Positions 60,454-64,000 of a stretch of DNA of 64,000 nucleotides are shown here, one piece after another (position 1 is the first letter of the stretch; each line of letters starts with the position of its first letter). The position numbers and the translations under genes were made by a program. The DNA is taken from positions 416,001 to 480,000 of the forward strand of contig CAWGYD010000001.1 of assembly GCA_963826785.1 (NCBI GenBank). The letters are read 5' to 3'. The notes below the pieces were generated by a model. That model worked only from the letters and a program-made list of their open reading frames with translations. It was not told the DNA's origin and made no database searches. This stretch comes from an uncultured delta proteobacterium (GTDB lineage: Bacteria; Desulfobacterota; Desulfobacteria; Desulfobacterales; Desulfosalsimonadaceae).

Positions 60454-61647
60454 ATGAAGATATTCTTTGCCTCCCTGCTGGTGCTGTTTCTGGCCGTGAG
60501 CGGCTATCACCTGAGCTTCCGCCGGTTAAAGGTGCCGCTGTTCGCCCGCAAGTTCTATCTCACCGGGCTGGAATTTCTGTTTCTGGGGCTTCTGCTCGGC
60601 CCCGGATTTTTGAACATCCTCGATGTGGAAACCCGCTCCAGTCTGGAACCCTTAACCGCGCTGCTGCTGGGCTGGATCGGACTGCTGTTCGGCTTCCAGT
60701 TTGAAATCGCCAAGCTCAGGCGGTTTCCCGCTTCTTTTCTGTCAAGCGCCCTGGTGGAAAGCGGCGTTACCCTGATCATCATCTTCGCCGGGGTGTTTGC
60801 CGCCCTGGCGGTCATCTCCGACGCCCCCGTCCACGCGCGCCTGGTGGCCGCCTTCGCCTTTGCCTGCGCCGGGGCCTGCACGGCCCAGACCGGCCTGGCG
60901 CTGGTTTCCCCCAACACCGCCGGGAAAAATGCCAAAACCATCCGGCTGCTGCGCTACATCGCCGGCATCGACGGCCTGATGGCCATGCTGGTGCTGCTGC
61001 CGGTTTTTATTTACTTTCCGGCCAATTCAGCGGCCGGTTCCCCATGGCGGATCTTCGGGGCGGATACCCTGGTGGCCCTGGTGTCGTTTATCGGAATCCT
61101 GCTGCTGTTCATCCTGTTCCTGGCCCAGCGGCGAGATGAGAGCGAACTCGCCCTGATCACCATCGGCATGGTGATTCTGCTCAGCGGGATTGCGGCCATG
61201 AGGGATTTTTCCCCCCTGATCGCCAATTTTTTTACCGGGCTGTTCCTGGTGAACATCACCCGGGAGAAAGAAAAGATTTTTTCCACACTGGTCAGCATCG
61301 AAAAACCGGTGTACCTGCTGCTGCTGGTCTTTCTGGGAAGCACCTGGCAGCTGGATTCGATCTGGCTGCCGGCGATGGCTGCAGGATATGCCCTGATCCG
61401 GTTGGCCGGGAAGGCGCTCGGCGGCGTTGCCGTCGCCTCGTTTTCCCCGGCCATGCGGGGATATCCGAACACGCTGGGACTGGGCCTGCTGGAGCAGGGG
61501 GGGCTGTCGCTGGCCATCATCTGGGATTTTCAGCAGGGATTCCCCTATCCCATGACCGGTGCGGTGGTGTCCGTGATGCTGCTGGCAGTCATCTTCAACG
61601 ACCTGGCCGGCCCGGCCCTGATGAACCGGCTGCTCCGGAAGGGGTAA
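60454..61647 (+). CDS. Cation:proton antiporter (CPA)-like membrane protein
   Basis: About 12 TM segments. LGLLLGP, GLLFGFQF, AGIDG, RLAGK, GLGLL.QGG. Confidence 0.72.
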   Translation: MKIFFASLLVLFLAVSGYHLSFRRLKVPLFARKFYLTGLEFLFLGLLLGPGFLNILDVETRSSLEPLTALLLGWIGLLFGFQFEIAKLRRFPASFLSSALVESGVTLIIIFAGVFAALAVISDAPVHARLVAAFAFACAGACTAQTGLALVSPNTAGKNAKTIRLLRYIAGIDGLMAMLVLLPVFIYFPANSAAGSPWRIFGADTLVALVSFIGILLLFILFLAQRRDESELALITIGMVILLSGIAAMRDFSPLIANFFTGLFLVNITREKEKIFSTLVSIEKPVYLLLLVFLGSTWQLDSIWLPAMAAGYALIRLAGKALGGVAVASFSPAMRGYPNTLGLGLLEQGGLSLAIIWDFQQGFPYPMTGAVVSVMLLAVIFNDLAGPALMNRLLRKG

Positions 61648-61648
61648 C

Positions 61649-62998
61649 ATGGTTTGGCCATCGAAACAATTCAACCTGGTGTCCTACCTGCTCATTATCG
61701 CCCTGATGGGCGCGTTCGCCTGGGGGTTCTTGCAGGTGGATATCGATTCGGCCCGGCAGAGCGGCGGGCTGATTATTTTTTCACTGGGCTATGTGCTCCT
61801 GGCCGCGTTCGTGATCGCAAAGATCGTCAAGGCGTTCGACCTGCCGCTCATCACCGGCTACATCCTGGCGGGGATCCTGGCCGGCCCCTATGTATCTAAT
61901 TTCCTGGGTACGGAGATGGTCGGCCGCCTGAAGCTGATTGATGAACTGGCGCTTTCCATTATCGCACTGAACGCGGGGGCGGAACTGCGCGTCTCCGCGC
62001 TGAGGGCGCGCGGCCGGTCCATCATTTTGAATATTTTTTTTCTGACGGTGGTGGGGGTGGGCGCGGTCATGGCTTTCGTGATGACGTCGGGGCGGCATTT
62101 TGCGGCCACGGCTGAATTTTCGCCAATGTCGCTGTTTGTTTTCGCCCTGCTGCTGGGCGTCATCTGCGCAGCCCGGTCCCCCGCCTCCGCAATTGCCATC
62201 ATCAACGAATGCAAGGCCAGGGGGCCGTTTACGGACACGGTTCTGGCCGTCTCCATCGTCAAGGACGTGCTGATCATTATCTTGTTCACCATTGCCCTGG
62301 CCGTATCGCGCATGATGATGCAGGGCGGCGGACCGGAGCTCGGGTCGGTTTGCGGGCTGTTCATCGAAGTGGTGCTCTCCATTCTCATGGGACTGCTGCT
62401 GGGAAAGGGGATGTCCGTGTACGTGGACCGGATCGGCCATGATTTCCTGCTTTTCCTGCTGTTCATCGCCTTCGGCGTCACCCGTCTGTCCATGGGGGCG
62501 GACCAGTTCATGCATGACCGGTTTGCCGTATCGCTTCACCTGGAGCCGCTGCTGATCTGCATCAGCGCCGGATTTTTTATCCAGAATTTCAGCCGGAAAG
62601 GCGCCTACCTGATCGAAACCCTGGAGCGCACATCCCTGCCCATTTATGTCCTTTTCTTCTCGCTGGCGGGTGCGGCCCTGGATTTTTCTTCCCTGGCCCT
62701 CTGCCTTCCGCTCGCCCTGGGTGTAGCCGGCGTCCGGATGGCCGGCCTGTTTGCCGGAAGCATGCTTGCCGGCACCTTCGGCCGGGACCCGTATGCCTTT
62801 CGGATCAGCGCCTGGATGGGCTATATCACCCAGGCCGGGGTGTCCGTCGGCCTGGCCCAGATGGTGGCCCGGCAGTTTCCGGAAATTGGCGTGTACCTGA
62901 ACACGGTGGTGCTGGCGGTGATCGCCGTAAACCAGATCATCGGCCCCATCGGCTTTAAATTCGCGCTGGGCTATGTGGGGGAAACATATCGGCGGTGA
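61649..62998 (+). CDS. Cation:proton antiporter (CPA) family protein
   Basis: LPLITGYILAGILAGP, AGAEL, SPA..IAII.E, FF.LAGA.L, QAGVSVGLA, IGPI. Confidence 0.85.
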   Translation: MVWPSKQFNLVSYLLIIALMGAFAWGFLQVDIDSARQSGGLIIFSLGYVLLAAFVIAKIVKAFDLPLITGYILAGILAGPYVSNFLGTEMVGRLKLIDELALSIIALNAGAELRVSALRARGRSIILNIFFLTVVGVGAVMAFVMTSGRHFAATAEFSPMSLFVFALLLGVICAARSPASAIAIINECKARGPFTDTVLAVSIVKDVLIIILFTIALAVSRMMMQGGGPELGSVCGLFIEVVLSILMGLLLGKGMSVYVDRIGHDFLLFLLFIAFGVTRLSMGADQFMHDRFAVSLHLEPLLICISAGFFIQNFSRKGAYLIETLERTSLPIYVLFFSLAGAALDFSSLALCLPLALGVAGVRMAGLFAGSMLAGTFGRDPYAFRISAWMGYITQAGVSVGLAQMVARQFPEIGVYLNTVVLAVIAVNQIIGPIGFKFALGYVGETYRR

Positions 62999-63075
62999 TG
63001 GCGGATGCGCTTTGGCAGGGCAGGGCATGACGTGATTTGATAAAGTCGCAAGGGGTCTGAAAAACCTGAATTTTC

Positions 63076-63099
63076 GTCATTTCCGCGAAGGCGGAAATC
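63076..63099. repeat. REP-like short palindrome
   Basis: GTCATTTCCGCGAAGGCGGAAATC resembles the widespread GTCATTCCCGCGAAGGCGGGAATC extragenic repeat. Single copy in this window. Confidence 0.5.
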
Positions 63100-63244
63100 G
63101 TAATCCTTTGATCAAGATCAAGATAAGGATTAGGATCATGGAAAGGAGATATGTGCTTCAAACGTCTTACTGCAAAAACGTTAAACAGCAGAGTCGGATT
63201 TTTTTTTCAAAACCAGAAACTTTTTACACGGGAGGATTCGAAAA

Positions 63245-63655
63245 ATGGCTCAAATGACGCAGCGGATGAAAGAAATGTTTGAAAAGGTTGCGGTTGCAAT
63301 CCTGTCCACGGCCACCGGTGACGGCACCCCCAATGCGGTGCCGGTGGGGGCGAAGAAGATCATAGACGACGAAACCGTCCTGATTTCGGACCAGTTTTTC
63401 AACAAGACCCTGGCCAATCTGAAAGCAAACCCCAAGGCCGCGGTCACTTTCTGGGAAGGCCATGAAGGCTATCAGCTCAAGGGCACGGTAACCATCGAAA
63501 CCAGCGGATCACGGTTTGACCAGACCGCCAAATGGATCGAGGACTTAAGTGCCAAGGCGGGCTTCCCCCTGAAATCAAAGGGCGCGGTCATCCTTCGCAT
63601 AGAGGAAATCTACGGTGTGGCCCCCGGCCCGGGCGCCGGTAAAAAACTGGCCTGA
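63245..63655 (+). CDS. Pyridoxamine 5'-phosphate oxidase-like FMN-binding protein
   Basis: LSTA..DG.PNAVP, FFNKTLANL..NP, GYQLKG, EEIY...PGP.AG. SD GGAGG. Confidence 0.88.
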   Translation: MAQMTQRMKEMFEKVAVAILSTATGDGTPNAVPVGAKKIIDDETVLISDQFFNKTLANLKANPKAAVTFWEGHEGYQLKGTVTIETSGSRFDQTAKWIEDLSAKAGFPLKSKGAVILRIEEIYGVAPGPGAGKKLA

Positions 63656-63748
63656 TCCAATTGTTGCGCAGGGGCGCAGGGAAAACCGCATGTAAACGTT
63701 TCATGAAAAGGCTTTCTTTGCGTCCCCTCGAGATATTGAACGCCGCTT

Positions 63749-64000
63749 ATGATATCCCGATCCGACCGATTGAACCTTCTTGCCCATTCGCTGATCATCG
63801 GCCTGATGATCCTGTTTGCGCTGGGGTATGCTGAACTGGACATGGAATCGGCCCGCCAGGCCGGCGGGGCGGCCATATTCGTGCTGGGGTTCGTCCTGCT
63901 GTCGGCATTCGTTTTCGCCCGGATCATCAACATCCTCAGCCTGCCCCTGATCTCGGGCTACATCTTTGCGGGCATCCTGGCAGGTCCCTTCGTGAGCGGT
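63749..64000 (+). CDS. Cation:proton antiporter paralog, N-terminal part (3'-truncated by window)
   Basis: MISRSDRLNLLAHSLII...ESARQAGG..IF.LGFVLL...LPLISGYIFAGILAGP aligns with the 61649 protein. Confidence 0.82.
   Translation, partial: MISRSDRLNLLAHSLIIGLMILFALGYAELDMESARQAGGAAIFVLGFVLLSAFVFARIINILSLPLISGYIFAGILAGPFVSG

Overview
This is a bacterial window of moderately high GC. Gene content (sigma-54 regulators, DsrC/TusE-like protein, TauE and SLC13 transporters, HypF) points to a sulfate-reducing Desulfobacterota, probably Desulfobacterales; this is inference. There are four blocks. (1) 1-16.5 kb is the 3' part of a Wzx/Wzy exopolysaccharide operon: a priming transferase fused to a degenerate GGDEF domain, a WbpB/D/E-like diamino-uronate trio, four glycosyltransferases, a sulfotransferase, two deacetylase-like proteins and a methyltransferase. 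(2) 16.6-25 kb (minus strand) holds two secreted surface proteins behind a sigma-54 promoter and a c-di-GMP-I riboswitch, plus an NtrC-type two-component pair. (3) 25.3-32.3 kb is a stand-alone carrier-protein module (ACP, prolyl-PCP-dehydrogenase-like ACAD, adenylation enzyme with an unusual specificity code, amidohydrolase, GNAT, methyltransferase, FemAB-like GNAT), a candidate undescribed polysaccharide-acylation pathway. (4) 32.6-64 kb is a sigma-54-driven signalling and transport region with two kinases, six receiver proteins, SLC13 and TauE transporters, a porin, USP, a diguanylate cyclase, HypF, a Pat-like enzyme, a tandem DsrC-like protein, a PEP-synthase-like dikinase and three cation:proton antiporters. 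Three of its sigma-54 promoters share an upstream motif, and a ~190-bp element occurs in two inverted copies around a STAS-like gene. Six single-base indels at short base runs suggest assembly errors. No rRNA, tRNA, CRISPR array or transposase was recognised. All calls come from reading motifs by eye; no database search was run.
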